A stretch of 64,000 nucleotides of DNA from Kondoa subrosea (taxonomy: Eukaryota): contig BCIN01000001.1 of assembly GCA_039545335.1 (NCBI GenBank), positions 2,105,129 through 2,169,128 of the forward strand, read 5' to 3'. Under the pieces are notes generated by a model. That model ran no database searches. It was not told where the DNA came from and saw only the letters and a list, made by a program, of their open reading frames with translations. A program made the position numbers and the translations under genes. Positions 48,282 through 61,929 of the stretch are shown here, piece after piece (within the stretch, counting starts at the first letter, position 1; every line of letters starts with the position of its first letter).

Positions 48282-51200
48282 ATGGGGTCAGCCATTCATT
48301 CATCTAGTAGCTACGTGATTATACTAAGGTTACGGACTGCAGTATTCCCAAATTGTGAGTCCTCAAACTTCGATCATTGTCCACGGCGAGCACTGATGCG
48401 ATGTAAATCAGTTTCCGATGGATGTCAGAAAGATATCCTCTGACTTCTCAGTTGATTCAAGAAGGGTCTATTCCCGAGTTTGGTAAGTCTTGCATACATA
48501 GCTTTCTAAGGCAGTAAAGCTGATCGACACGATGCTAGACAATTTATATGTATGCCCTCTATGACCCGCACCGAGCTAGTCTAATCCAAGGTGCAGCTCG
48601 ACATGAACGGTGTTATTCACAATTGCTCGCATGCCAACAATGAATCAGCGCATTATCGAATTTCAGAGGAACAAATCTATCTGCAAGTGTTTGCATACAT
48701 TGAACATTTGTTTGCCAAGATCAAGCCAAAGAAGCTATTCTTTATGGCAGTAGATGGTGTAGCTCCCCGTGCAAAGATGAATCAGCAGAGATCAAGACGA
48801 TTCCGAACTGCTCGCGAAGCTAAAGAAGTCAAAGATCGAGCTTTGGCTAAAGGAGAAGAGTTACCTGCTGAAGACGCTTTCGATTCCAATTGTATTACTC
48901 CCGGTACACCTTTCATGGTTAGACTGTCGAAACAATTGCAATACTTTATTGCAAAGAAAGTCAACGAAGATGCAGACTGGCGCGGAATTCAAGTAGTTCT
49001 TTCCGGGCATGAAGTGCCAGGTGAAGGCGAACACAAGATCATGGAATATATCCGTCTAGCTAAAGCTCAACCAGACTATAATCCAAACGTCCGACACTGT
49101 CTTTATGGTCTCGATGCTGATTTGATCATGCTCGGTCTACTCTCGCACGATCCTCATTTCTGTCTATTGAGAGAAGAAGTCGTCTTTGGTCCAGCAAGGA
49201 AGAAGCAACGTACATCACTTGAAACTCAAAACTTCTACCTCATGCATCTTTCTTTGCTGAGAGAGTACCTGGATATGGAATTTGCAGATCTGGCGGAAAC
49301 GATTAACTTCGACTATGATCTCGAACGCATTATTGACGATTTCATTCTTCTGTGCATCTTTGTTGGCAACGATTTCCTACCGCATTTACCAGGGCTACAT
49401 ATCAATGAGGGAGCTTTGAACCTCTTGTACGGGATTTACAAGAAGGTCCTCCCCAATGCAGGCTAGTCGTTTTGCTTTTCCTGGCCCATTCAGTGCTTCT
49501 AACCTTACTTCTCATTTAGCAGGTGGCTATATCAACGAACATGGCACGTTGAACGTGCAACGCTTGCAAATGGTTCTCGATGAACTAGCAGCTTTCGAAC
49601 AAGATACTTTCGAGCAAGAATTTGCAGACTCAAATTGGTTCAAAGGCAAACAGCAGAACACTATTAGTGCATTGGAAAAAGCTCGCTCGAAATCAAAATT
49701 AGGTAGGTGCTATCAAATGTTCGCCTCTGATGTGCTGATATCTGTCTGCTTATGACAGTCCTGACGCAAGACCAACGTCATTTGTTCAACGAGATTGCTA
49801 AATTCGCGAGGCGGACTCTTTCTTCGCCTACCCCTGGAGCACAAGTACAATTTCCCGCGCAGTACCCAGCTAGAGATAGACGTTTCTTGCAAGACCTCGC
49901 CAACGCTTTACGCCTCTCGATCGCCTTCGACGAGTTTGACGATAATGATGAACCTGTAATCGTACTGCGTTTCGACGAGGAGGTTTATACTTCAATGATG
50001 CTAGAACGAGATTCGATATCGACTCAAATGAACGGAATGAGTCTGAGCGACGATGTAGATGAGCAGACAGGGGAATGGAGTGATGCTGTGGAACGAGTTT
50101 TGGCGAAGTACGAAAAAGCTCAGACATTAGAAGATCAGAGCGAGAGCGACTTTGAAGATGCTTATGAACAGAAGCTCAAAGAGAAGATGAGCGTCTGGAA
50201 GAAGGAATATTATCAGGTTCATTTCGTAATCACGGCTTGTCAATACTCACTAAATCAGACGGCTCTAGGAAAAGTTTCATTTCAATGTGGACAAAAGTCC
50301 TGAAGAGCTACAGCAGCTTTGCTACCGCTATGTCGAAGGTCTACAATGGGTTTTGCATTATTACTACAATGGCGTAGCCTCTTGGGGTTGGTTTTATGAT
50401 TATCATTATTCACCAAAGATATCAGGTTAGTGTGCGGTATCCAATCCAGCGCATGCTAACCGCGGAGTTTGGTAGATTTGTGCAATATCGCTGATTTCAA
50501 GTTCGACTTCAAGCTTGGAACACCCTTCAAACCTTTCGAACAGCTTATGGGCGTTCTACCTGATCTCAGCAGTCAACATATACCCGCAGCATATAGAGAC
50601 CTCATGTCTGATCCCGAGTCACCCATCATTGATTTCTATCCCCGGAATTTCGAGACCGACATGAACGGAAAGAAACAGGACTGGGAAGCAGTAGTCAAGA
50701 TACCTTTCATTGATCAAGATCGTCTGATATCCACCATGGCTAAACGAGAACATCATCTGACTTCCGAAGAGAAACAGCGCAATACCTGGGGTAACAGTTG
50801 GAGCTGTACTTTCGACCGGAAAAGGGACGAAACATATCCTACGGCTCAACCTGGATTTTTACCTGACTTATATCACTGTGGTTCTATTCTTGAGCCTTTC
50901 GATCTACCTACTCTTAGTGGCCTAAAACTCGTCAAGGGCCTCTGCGAAGGAGTTTTGCTCGGCAAAGACGCAATAGCTGGTTTTCCTTCGCTCTTCACTT
51001 TGCCTCATTCCGGTCAACTCGGTTTCCATAGCGTCGCAGTCTTCCAAGGCGATAGCAGAAACGAAACCATGGTCTTAACAGTGGAGAACAGCTACGACGG
51101 CGTAAGCGTCGAAGAGCTTGCCAAACAAATGGTCGGCAAGACTGTCTATGCTGGTTGGCCTTTCCTTAAGGAAGCACTTGTCACCGGCATATCTGATGAT

Positions 51201-53398
51201 CTGTTCCGCTATGAGCTGGATCAGACAGCTGGTACCGTAGGCAAGCTACCTCACAGACCAGAGTCACTTGTTGGCGTGAAGAAAGCTGCTGAAAGAATAG
51301 AGCACGTCTACTCGAAGCGCTTTGGCACAATAATTGGCGATGTCAATGTAGTTCTCCATGTTAGATTACTCAAAGGTTCATATTTCTAGGTCGATATTTC
51401 ATATCGTGCTCTAATTGGTCTCATAGGACTCAAGCAAGTGGAGGACGGAGCTTTGGTCAAAGAATTTGAGCCGAAGGAGACAGAGCAAGCGCTTCAGCTC
51501 ACTGTACAAGAAGTGTCTTCCCTGGATACTCGCTATATTGTGAGCCACTTTCTTGCGGCTTTAACAGATCCCCATCATGTGTTTTCTTTCGTTTCAGGAA
51601 CGAGATGCGATGACGATAGAGGAAGACTTTCCTGTTGGTACCAAAGTCTTCTTTTTGGGCGTAAAACCAGCTTTCGGTCTTCCAGCGCAAGTGAATGCGC
51701 ATACCGATGGCACTCTGACCATAGTGGCCGGTGTAGGTGTCGGCTTCTGCAAGGTCGAAACATCATAATCTAACCGCACTATGTAGGTCTTCCCAGGAGA
51801 AGCAGCTGAACATGTGCGCTACAAAGAAGTTCTCAACCGCAATCGCTTCAACGATGTATATTCACCCTCATATACCGTCAATAAGCGTGCTCGCATGAGT
51901 GCGCTCACCTTGTCAAAGATCTCCTCTAGTCTCATGATTCAAGGCTCAAGTGATCAAAAAGTCAATGCTGGTCTAAACCTCAAGTTTGAAGCCAAATCTC
52001 AGAAAGTCCTGGGCTACACTCGCAAAGTCGATGGAGGTTGGGAATACAGTGATAGAGCAATAGCTCTCATCTCCGAATACAAGGCTGCCTTCCCTGAAAT
52101 CATCGACACTTTTGACTCTCGAAAAGGCACCGGTGAGCATCTTGTGCGGAGGCAAAGATTCTGCATTCTTCTCATGCGGCAGCTACAGATCTACGGAATA
52201 TAAGCGATTTCTACCCAAATCTAGATTCCAAAGCGGCGGATGCCAAATTGCGTGATATTAAGACATGGCTGAAAGAGAAAGGCGTCGATGATCTAGAAAA
52301 AGTACCGCTCGACTCTGAACAGCTAGACAAAGTGAGTTTTCATCTTATTTCGATGTGCTCAAACTGAAAGAGTACAGGCGACTGTGCAACAATTGGAACA
52401 GCTAGCTGATCATCTTACAGCCCAAAAGAACCCCGCCAATTTCAAACATGTACAAGTCAAGTCGATTCCTCGAAAGGCGTTGATGAAGCCCGAATCGGCT
52501 AAAACTCGTCTGCAACATCAAACCTTCCGATTGGGTGATCGTGTCATTATGGCAGCAGAAACAGGCAATGTTCCTTTGTGTACGAAAGGAACCGTTGTTG
52601 GCATCCGCTCAGACTTTATGGATGTCATTTGGGATGTCACCTTCATTGGAGGAACCAATCTAGGAGACAGGTAAGCTAAGTTTCCTATATGTAGGCTGTG
52701 TCTGATCTTGGTATGTCAGGTGTTCGCAATATCGAGGCTTACCTGTCGCGCCTTGGACGCTACTCAATCTTTCGCTACCGCAAGTGCAAGTACAGCTCAA
52801 TGAAACAGTTCGCCCGCCTGTCGGTCCCAGAGGAAGAGGTATCAGGGGTCGTGGCTTCTTCACTCCAGCTCCGAGAGGCAATCCTTCACCCCGCGGTCAG
52901 AATGGCTCACCAGTCCGGATCTTGCAAAACAATCGAGGCCGAGGTGGATCTCAAGGCACTTTTGGAAACAATTATCAAGCGGCAGCCAACAACGATCCAA
53001 GCGCGTATACTCCTCCAGTGCCAGCCAATCAACAAGCAAGACTGCGACACGCTTTCTCGAACAATGCGGCTGCAGCTGCAGCAAATGCTCAGACGTACGA
53101 AAACAACACTCCGCCTCGTAAACCTCGACAGGACTACAGCGCCGTTCCTCCTCCAAGTGTCCTATCTTCCCCTAGAGGCGCAGCGAGAATGTTCCATGCT
53201 GCATTCAGAGGTGGAAATTCAACTAGCAGGCTACCAGTCAATGGTTCATCATATGATGCGGCTGGTTCCCTCTCAGCCCCAACCGAACCAGTCTTGCAGC
53301 GAGTCAATGGAAATACTCGGGGTTCGCCCAATCGTGGTCGAGGTCGGGCTCGTGGAAGAGGACAGACTTTCACGAATGGTCCAGCTGCATCATCGTAG
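48282..53398 (+). CDS. XRN1: 5'-3' exoribonuclease 1
   Basis: MG|IPKF|FRWMSERYP, LDMNGVIHNCSH, DGVAPRAKMNQQRSRRF, PGEGEHKIMEYIR, YGLDADLIMLGL, GNDFLP, NAGLNLKFEAK; RG-rich tail. Confidence 0.96.
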
Positions 53399-53470
53399 TC
53401 GCTGACAAACAATGTAAAGCAATGCTTGTGATGTGATAATTGCAAAGATTTTGAATCCAATTGTACCCTT

Positions 53471-54126
53471 TTAACCTCTCATAGCTCCACCTGATCAGAG
53501 AAATGAGGATCGGTAAGTGAACAGCGAATATAACATACCTGATCGATCACCTGAAGCGCTACCGTCTGACGGACCAGAGCGAGTCTTTTCTGAAGCGTGC
53601 AGTATTTCTCAGCATTCTATTGTTAGGCATCTTAAGTATTGCTTACCAATAGCCTCCTTATGCTTATCTTTTGCACTAGCTGAACCAGACTCTTCTTTGC
53701 TTGATCCTCTGTGATCTGCGCTTCCCTGTACCATATCTTTCCCGCCGACTGGTCCGTCATGACCTTTGCTGCCAATTGCGGTGTGAAAGTCTCCCTTAGA
53801 GCTAGATGTACTGTTGGACGAAGCTCCTTGGTTTGATTCCATTGGCTTCTTTTGGGAATTGGATGCTGAAGTTGGAGCTTCATCAGGCGAGAAGAAAAAG
53901 ACTTTGACTGTGTAGGCTGCTGCTAGACCTCCAGCACCATAGAGCACATATTTCAGCAGATTCTGATCTTGCTCTTTCTTGCCTGTGTTGCTTGATAGTT
54001 TAGGAACTTGAAAGCCAATGAGATCAGCAAGAACTTGCCTGCCGCTTCGTGCGTTTGGGCATACGTCCGCAGCTGTGTTCTGGCTGGAATGCGAGCGAGA
54101 CGGAGAGCTTGTCGTGTTGCAATCAT
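53471..54126 (-). CDS. Uncharacterised small mitochondrial single-pass protein
   Basis: MIATRQALRLARIPARTQLRTYA presequence, GC-AG intron, TM VLYGAGGLAAAYTV, Ser/Gly-rich hydrophilic tail ending GGAMRG*. Confidence 0.75.
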
Positions 54127-54917
54127 GTTGAGATTTGGTTGTGGAAGAAGATGTGAGGTCATTCGATCGCGAATAGCGACTCTTTTTGCGAATGAAGTAA
54201 GCTTGGAAGAAGAGCAAGCGGTTGCTTGCTTGAAACTAATGCCAATACTATCTCGAAGAAATGATCACCCAATTACCAGTGTATTCAATCAACTCAGCAT
54301 CACTTTCCCCCGGTAAGCCAACGGCCAAACTACAAAGACTCTTCTGCTTTCGGAAGGAGGAACGTCCTTGCTGGCGGTGGAAAGAAAGACACTGTCGATA
54401 GTACATCACCTCCATTGCTTACTTATGGACTGGAAGGTACCAGTCTTTGTTATCCCAATACCATTTTTCCCTACTATCTGACTTGACGCGCCCAGTATAC
54501 TGCTCTCCAATATTGATGTGTGACATTCTAGGTTCTGTCATGAAGAACAGATGATGCGGATGAAAGACCAGTCTAAACCAGTCATATGTCTGCCTCTTCA
54601 GGCTCGACCGCAACTCGCTCGTGCATGTAGAATAGTGCTACGTTATTATTTCACAGTGATTGCGATATGAAGGTAGCAGACAGAACAAGATACAGAGCCA
54701 TCCGCATAGAAGCAAAACAGCGGATTCCTCGAGTGCAATCGAGGCAAACCATTGACAGGGTATACTTATAACGACAGTGCCGAGAACGAGAGGCACACAC
54801 GGAGAGAGATAAGCTTAGCACGAGGTGAGACGATGTCACTACGAGGTTGAAGTGAAAGTAACAAAAAAAGAAAGAGAGTCTCTTGTTCTTGTTCGATGAC
54901 GAATCCACTGCAGCACG

Positions 54918-56789
54918 ATGACTGATGATACGCAATACGAAGCGCTTAAGGTGCCAGAGCTGAAGAAACTCTGCAAAGAGAGGAAGCTCGCTGTGTGAGA
55001 GAACAGACAACAAGTTGTTTTGCAATCAAGCTCATGAATTGGCCATAATAGAGGCGGAATCAAGGCAGAACTGATTGCACGTCTGCGCGGTGTACCTTAT
55101 GACAAGGCAGGAGCAGTCAAAGAAAAGAAGGAAAGGAAACGCAAAGAGCCCGCAACTCAAGATGGTACTTACGTAATATCTCTACTACGCTTTTTGTTTG
55201 ACCCTTTGTCCCTTGCTCAGGAGTTACAGCTGACACTTCCTTAAAGCCGCTAAAGAAGGCGAAGAAACAAGCTAAAGCCAGTCAAAGTACATCGAAGGTT
55301 GGCAGACTTGATGAAGTCAACGAGGACGCCGCTATTCCTCTTCCCATCTTGCCAGCTCGAGCATCTGGTACTGGACCTTCACTTTCATCGAATGCTGCAG
55401 TAACTGTTCAGGCTGGTTTGCCAGCTGCTATTGTTCCAGCAACAGTCAATTTGCCCAATCCTGTTGTTCCCCTGCCAGCAAACATCCAGGTCAAGACAAG
55501 CAAACGCAATGTGCAATCTCAGAAACGACCCGAGAGTAAAGCTTCAACACAACACAAAGCAACAATCCCTGTAGCACCTGTTGCTGTAAGATCCACCTTT
55601 AAAGCCCCTCTTGCGAAGAAGCGACCGGATGAGCCAGCGAGTAGTAAATTCACTTCTGAAGATGTAATGGATCGATCGTCGAACATTACGTCGACCTCAT
55701 CAACTTCAGTCACAGCTGTCCGACAAAGCTTGCCAACCAAATCTGCTTTGGCCAGATCCACTACCATTTCGCCTGCGAACATTTCAAAAACTGCTCGACC
55801 TGCTTTCAAGGCGCTCAAGAAGGTCCATGAGCCCCTGATGCCGATCATGATCAACACAGCGTCGAACGTCGAGTTATCAACGGACTGGATCCCAGCTTTT
55901 ATCTCAGCCTGTCACAAAGCCTTGGTTTACCCGGTCGACACGGGTTACAGCCATTCTGATCCAATTGAGGCATTGATCGCTTCCCGCTTCACCGTTTCCC
56001 GTTTGATAACTTTGCTCGGCTCACGCAATGTGGCTCGCATGCTGGAATCGCCAGAGGGGAAACTGAATTTCTGCTCACCTGTTGTATCAGTTCAGCGGCA
56101 AAAGCATGGCGTTGCACTTGTTGCTCTCGCTGATTCAACGAGTGCATATGTTTTGGAGGCAAACGGAGAAGTGCTTGGCAGATCCTTGGCTTCAATTCAG
56201 CCTGTTGATTTATGGCCCGCTAATGGCGTGCAGAAGTCAAAAGGGGTGACGAAGCTCGTATTGCGCCCAGATTGGAAAGCACATTTGCAGTCGCAAGATG
56301 GTCAAGCAAACGAAATTTTGGATCATGTTCGCACAGCTAACGAGGAGGACTATCCTCGTGGTCTATCCAAACTCTTCAATTTGCGCTGCAGCGGCGATGC
56401 TGTTCTGATGAGCATTGCTAGAGCTTACATTCTGTCCCATGTTGCTGTGAGTCCCTATTGAGGATTGGTCTCTAGCATTTCTGACGGTGTCTCAGCCTCA
56501 TGCTATCTCTGGTCAATATCAAAGTTTGCTTGATCAACAGGCTGAGTTCACAGGCGGCGAAGGCTCGTCTTATTCAGCCTATCGCTCTCACAATAAGCGC
56601 AACCTCCTTTACTTGCCTCAACAACATTGCATTGAATCGATCTCTTTCGATCTGAAATATCATTCAGCTCTTTGTGTTATTCAGACCGTCAATTTCGCAC
56701 ATTTGGTAGTCAAGTTGACTGGTCAGGTCGTTGGAAACGAGGAAGAAGGATTGTACGAAGGATGGAAGAGCGTCTTCTCAAAGATGTAG
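54918..56789 (+). CDS. SAP-domain protein
   Basis: YEALKVPELKKLCKERKLAV|GGIKAELIARL is a SAP motif; then low-complexity linker and an unassigned C-terminal region. Confidence 0.8.
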
Positions 56790-56926
56790 ATGTATATAAT
56801 ATGGCTTTGCAAATGCAGCAGAAGTGAAACCCAAAGAATACTAAACTAAACGAACCCAATTTACACTGACTAACCCTGAAGTGCTGATCTAACCATGTTA
56901 ATTGAAGGAAGGAAGGAAAGGACCCG

Positions 56927-58512
56927 TCATACATCTTCTCGGATTACGCTGTGTGTATGCACGACAATACCCGGTGAGCGAGTACCATAGCTGTATTCAA
57001 GCGGGCGCGGCATTTCTTCCAAAGCGAAACCCTGTGTGACCCGTGTGAGTCGAAATATATACCATAATGGAAGTAAAACGCACCTTTTCGTTATCAACGT
57101 AATCTGTATCATTGCCTCCACTGATAGCTGTCCTCTTTGTGATGACGGGAGAGCGGGTGACTGATTTCGTGGTGTTTGCTCGAGCCCCATCTTGAGATCG
57201 AGTGACCAGCTGAATGAGTAAAGACAGAACGTAGATTTTTGAGACTACCGCAACGACTTAGCACAATGAGCAATCGATTCAGCATGCAACTAACTCGGCT
57301 CGAAGAACGCGAGGTAGTATTCTTCTTTCTTATTGACTTGCGACCACTGGAGTATTATTTGAGCTTGAATGCTAACATCAAAGTGAGCGTGAACTTACAA
57401 CTAGAGTCTGAAAGGTCAAAGCAGATCAGATCAGTACTTCTTGTAGACACAATCTAAGACCTACAGTAATGGCAAATCCGGTTGACAGAGCCGAAGAGTT
57501 GATCACCACAAGAAGATATCTCATAACTTCAAGTGTGTTTTAGATCTAGGCAAGAAGAAGAAGAGCAGGAGACTCACTAACGGATCTTGTGCTTGAATAT
57601 TCCGTCCTTTCGCGGAAAGAAAGTAGCTTGACCAGCAAGACGGTAGTATTAATGATATCAATTCCGGCAGCGCTCGAGTAAGTAGCTAGCGCAACAATTC
57701 CAATTGAATTGTTTGTCCAAATACGACCATAGACGTAGTAAGCCAGAGCGCAACCGACACAGAGAAGGAAAAGCAGGCAGATTGTGATGAAAATGGCGAA
57801 AGTGATGCTCTTTGAGAGCACGAGATACGCTCGGCGTGCGAAGTACGCTTGAACAGCGACTGCAATGATCGCTGCAGATACTTTGATTAGCGAGCGTGTA
57901 AAGAGTTGACGGTACTTACTCGAAAGCCCAGTAGACACACCAAGAAGCCTTTCGGAAGCGACATACGAACTCCTATTGGTTGCCGCGAAAGGGTCGTACA
58001 GATGCTTGACATGAATACTTTGAATGTCGGCGATCAGTCATATTCTCCTTTGTAAGACAAATGGGAACTCACACATCGAGAACATTCCAAAGCGTGCAGG
58101 TCTCTGCAAGCGAAGCCACACCAACGAAAGCAACGTAAATTTTTAACCACATCCTATCCCGGTTTGCCCATTGCACATAGTCTGAGGAGGATCAGGAAAG
58201 TCAAAGCAGCAATTGGATTCTTGGCATACACTAGCGCAAGCATAAGCGAGATTCACGTTAAGAATGCTTAAGCATAGCTCACAGTCATAATTAAGCACTG
58301 AATGATCAGATATGAGACCAGTACCATCTTTGACGGACAGTACTCACAAGGGCAGCACCTGATGATATAGTTCAACCTGAGGAAAAGAAGTAATGGACAA
58401 CAATAAGCTTACTGGATAGAAAGATGTTCACTAAGATGCCATGAAATCGAGCAGAGACAGAGATGAGGGCGGAACTGCTGTTTTCAAACGACTGGAGAGG
58501 CGTTTCCGGCAT
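56927..58512 (-). CDS. Basidiomycete multi-pass membrane protein (DUF6534-like)
   Basis: GILVNIFL, YVQWANRDRMWLKIYV, VQAYFARRAY, AAGIDIINTTVLLVKL, VINSSALSTG; several hydrophobic exons. Boundaries approximate. Confidence 0.7.
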
Positions 58513-59204
58513 GTTGATGTATAGGAAAGGAAAGGAAAGGTTCTGAAGGTGAGCGCAAATAGGTGAAGTGTGGATAATGGGAAGAGAGATGAAGAGAAGA
58601 GAGAACTAAGCAAAGTTCACACCAGGGAGGGTTATTAGAATCAAGACTCCGAAGATGTTTCTGTACTACGCCCAGATAGATAAAAACGAAGCGGTCAAAT
58701 CACCATCAGATGCAGATTACAGATCTGTGAAGTTTCACTGCAAACAGACGGATTATCACACACGAATGCATGAATCGACATCGCATTTCACGGAGGGCTG
58801 CTTTCCAGGTGTACAAGTACTTAGGACACCAAAGAGGCTGATGGGGGGAAACATGCAAAATCTCTTCGGAGTCACGATCCACGAGGGTTGCCATCCACGA
58901 TTCATCACTCATGATATGGCTATATACTGGCTGCCTGGCAGGCTGATAGAGCTTGCAGCTGGGTCCTCTTCGCCTGTTCGCTAATTTTTCGGATTCTATT
59001 TAAATGCTTCTATGCAAGCAAGCAATATTCTTCCCAGATCTGGGAGTAAATGCATTGATTTGTCCACGGGCAGCAGATAATGCGACCGCTTTGTTACCGC
59101 TGCAGCTTGTGTCGCTTGCAATTTGCATCTTTTCTCCTCTTATCAGTGTTCCCTATTCTCATTATATAGTCTCCTCTTATCACGCTCTTTTACTATACTA
59201 CATA

Positions 59205-61820
59205 ATGAAGGTCCCCATTCTCTCCTTAGCTGTTCTACTTGCACAAGCATGCAACGCCCTCCGAATTACTGTAAGGTTGAAGGATTATGCTATTCATCGC
59301 ATTCTCACTTGGCGATACAGAGCGATCCTTCTATTGCAAAAGACAAGACTTTCGACTACGTCGTCGCTGGAGGTGAATTAACTGGCTGTCTCTTCCTGTC
59401 TTGCCCGCCGACTCCTTGTAAACAGGTGGATTAGCTGGTTGTGTCTTAGGCAACAGGCTCTCTGCTTCTGGTGCCACAGTGCTTGTTATTGAAGCTGGGA
59501 AAGACGCCAGGCATGTCGACGAAAGTGAGTAGATTCGTATTCTCCAGATTGGTTTTTGATTGGACTGCCAGTCAACTTTGCAAGGAGCAGAGCGGCGATA
59601 CCGGCAGAATACAACTGGAACTACCCGCTAATCGGCGAAGCTCCTGGTCTTACAGCACCTGCAGGCAAAGGGTTTGTACTTTCCGAAACAAATTGACTCC
59701 CGCTAAAAAGGACCTTCTCAGTCTGGGAGGAGGCACTCTCATCAATGGTATGGTGTGGTACAGACCAACTCAGGAAGAAGTGGATCTTCTGGGCGATATT
59801 TCAGGAGACTCGTCATGGTCGTGGAAAAATCTGCTGCCCTACGTGGACCAGGCAGAGCGGTTCACTAAGTGAGCATCGCATCTTGAGATGTACATGTTCT
59901 GACACTCTGTCTAGACCCACCGCCTCGCAACAAAAGCAAGGAGCCACCTTTGTCAAAAGCGCACATGGATACAAAGGAGAAGTCAACACATCGTTTGCTG
60001 ATCCATTGCGATTGGTCAATACCGTGCCCTTGTATCGCGAGACCTTCAACAACTTCTTTCCTCAGCCTGAATTCTCGGGCGAGCAAGATCTGTCTGATCG
60101 CAAGAATACTGTCATGGCAAATGCTATTTGGAACATATGGTGCGTAGTCCTTTGTCTGAATGAAGCTGTGTTGAGCACATCTCTACAGGCATGACCCGAA
60201 AACTGGCGAAGACATGCGGTCAACCGCTGCACATGCCTACATCTACAATGACGCAAAAGCTACAGCAAAATTGACCATTCTGACTGGTAAGTGACTGGAA
60301 CTGTGAAACCAAATTGGAATCATTTGACTGACTATCACGCAGAAACTTTGGTCGAGAAAATCATCATGAACGGCAATACCGCCACAGGTCTCACTTATGC
60401 CAGCGGTAGTAAGAAAGGCGCACCCATGTTCAAAGTGCATGCGAGAAAAGAAGTCATTCTGTCGGCCGGTGCTTTAGGCTCGCCACTCATACTTCAGAGA
60501 TCTGGTATTGGCCACAAAGACGATTTAAAAGCTGCCAACATCAAACAAGTTGTTAATCTCCCCGCTGTCGGTAAAAATTTGTTCGATCAAGTATGTTCTT
60601 CTCCAATACATTGAAAGTGCACTTCTCAAAGCGTCTGAAAGGTTGGATCTACTGTTTCAGCTCTTTGTAAGCTTCCCGTTTCGTGACATCCGGACGCGGT
60701 TCATGGCCTCGCAGTGACGCCAAAGGCAAGCGCTTCAGGCCTCTACTCCGACATTGGCGCTCCCTTTGCGCCCATCATTGCTCTGGCAAACAGTAAGTGC
60801 ATATGACTGTGTACTTTCTCATCTAACGGTACGCCAGCGAAACAAATCTTCCCTCAGGGTGATGTCTACTCCTATCCAAAAAGCTAACTGAGCTCACATA
60901 CATTCTGCAGATTGGCTTAAACAATACGCAAAGCTGGCCGTCAACCTCATCCCTCAGGCGATTGAGGCCGTACAAGCTGGTGCCTTCGAGAGTATTGCCT
61001 CTGCCGCTCATATATGGGGCGCTGTCAGTTTTTCGTCGTTGAACTGAATTGCTCTCACGCTCCTACAGGTTACGAAGCAAATAATTATGGACGATAGTAA
61101 GCATCTCTTACCATACAGTTGCGCTTTGCTCACGAGCATTGCAAAGTGCCTGTCATTGAGCTCATTGGTGAAGCTTACAGTGGTGTACTGTCGGGCGTGT
61201 TTTGGCCCCTTGTAGTGTACAGTAGAGGGTCTGTAAGGGCGACTTCTGCTAGCGTGAGTGCAAAGCTTTTTTTTCCAAAGTATACTGATTTCTCGAAAAT
61301 CTTACAGGTTTTTGACAAGCCATCGATTACTCCTCGCTTCAATTCACACCAATTCGATCTGGATGTCTCCGTTCAATCTGCAAAGAATTGGGTCAAATTC
61401 TTCAAAACTGCACCAATCTCAAGTATTGTTCAGAATCCTCAGATCAGTCCAGCAAATGTTACAACTGACGACGAGTGGAAGAAGTGGTTCCTCAGCACCG
61501 CGTATGAGGCTGCTCACCTGGCCGGGACATCTGCCATGTTGCCCAGAAACGTCGGCGGTGTGGTCGATGGAAAATTGAGGGTGAGTATCAGTTTGCATCT
61601 CAACGACACTCCTCTGACAGTGTCTTTTTGATTCACAAGGTCTACAACACCAAGAAGCTTCGCGTTATCGATGCGGGGGTCTTGCCCATCGAACTGAGTC
61701 AGTCGAGTACCCTTGTATCAGAAGGAGAAATGCTCATTTCCTGATCCAGCTACGCATACACAAGCTATGCTCTATCCATTGGTTCTCCGAGCCGCCACTT
61801 TGGTATTGCAGGATTCGTAG
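59205..61820 (+). CDS. Secreted GMC oxidoreductase (AA3; glucose oxidase/dehydrogenase-like)
   Basis: Signal peptide, FDYVVAGG-GLAG, LGGGTLINGM, ARKEVILSAGALGSPLILQRSGIG, AAHLAGTSAM, GGVVD, LRVIDAG, HTQ (His/His pair). Confidence 0.92.
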
Positions 61821-61929
61821 ACATGGTCAAGGGATAGGCATTTGGGACTAATCATATATTGATTCTGATACTTTTGGAATCTCACTAGTCATAAGTCATC
61901 GTCGAAGTTGCATGCATTATTACCTTCCC

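Noticed and set aside
54419..54710. Trp-rich minus-strand ORF with an upstream signal-like stretch
   Set aside because: No ATG in frame, and joining the two would need a 17-nt intron.
56869..56880. ctaaccctgaa telomere-like word
   Set aside because: Single imperfect copy between convergent stops; expected by chance.
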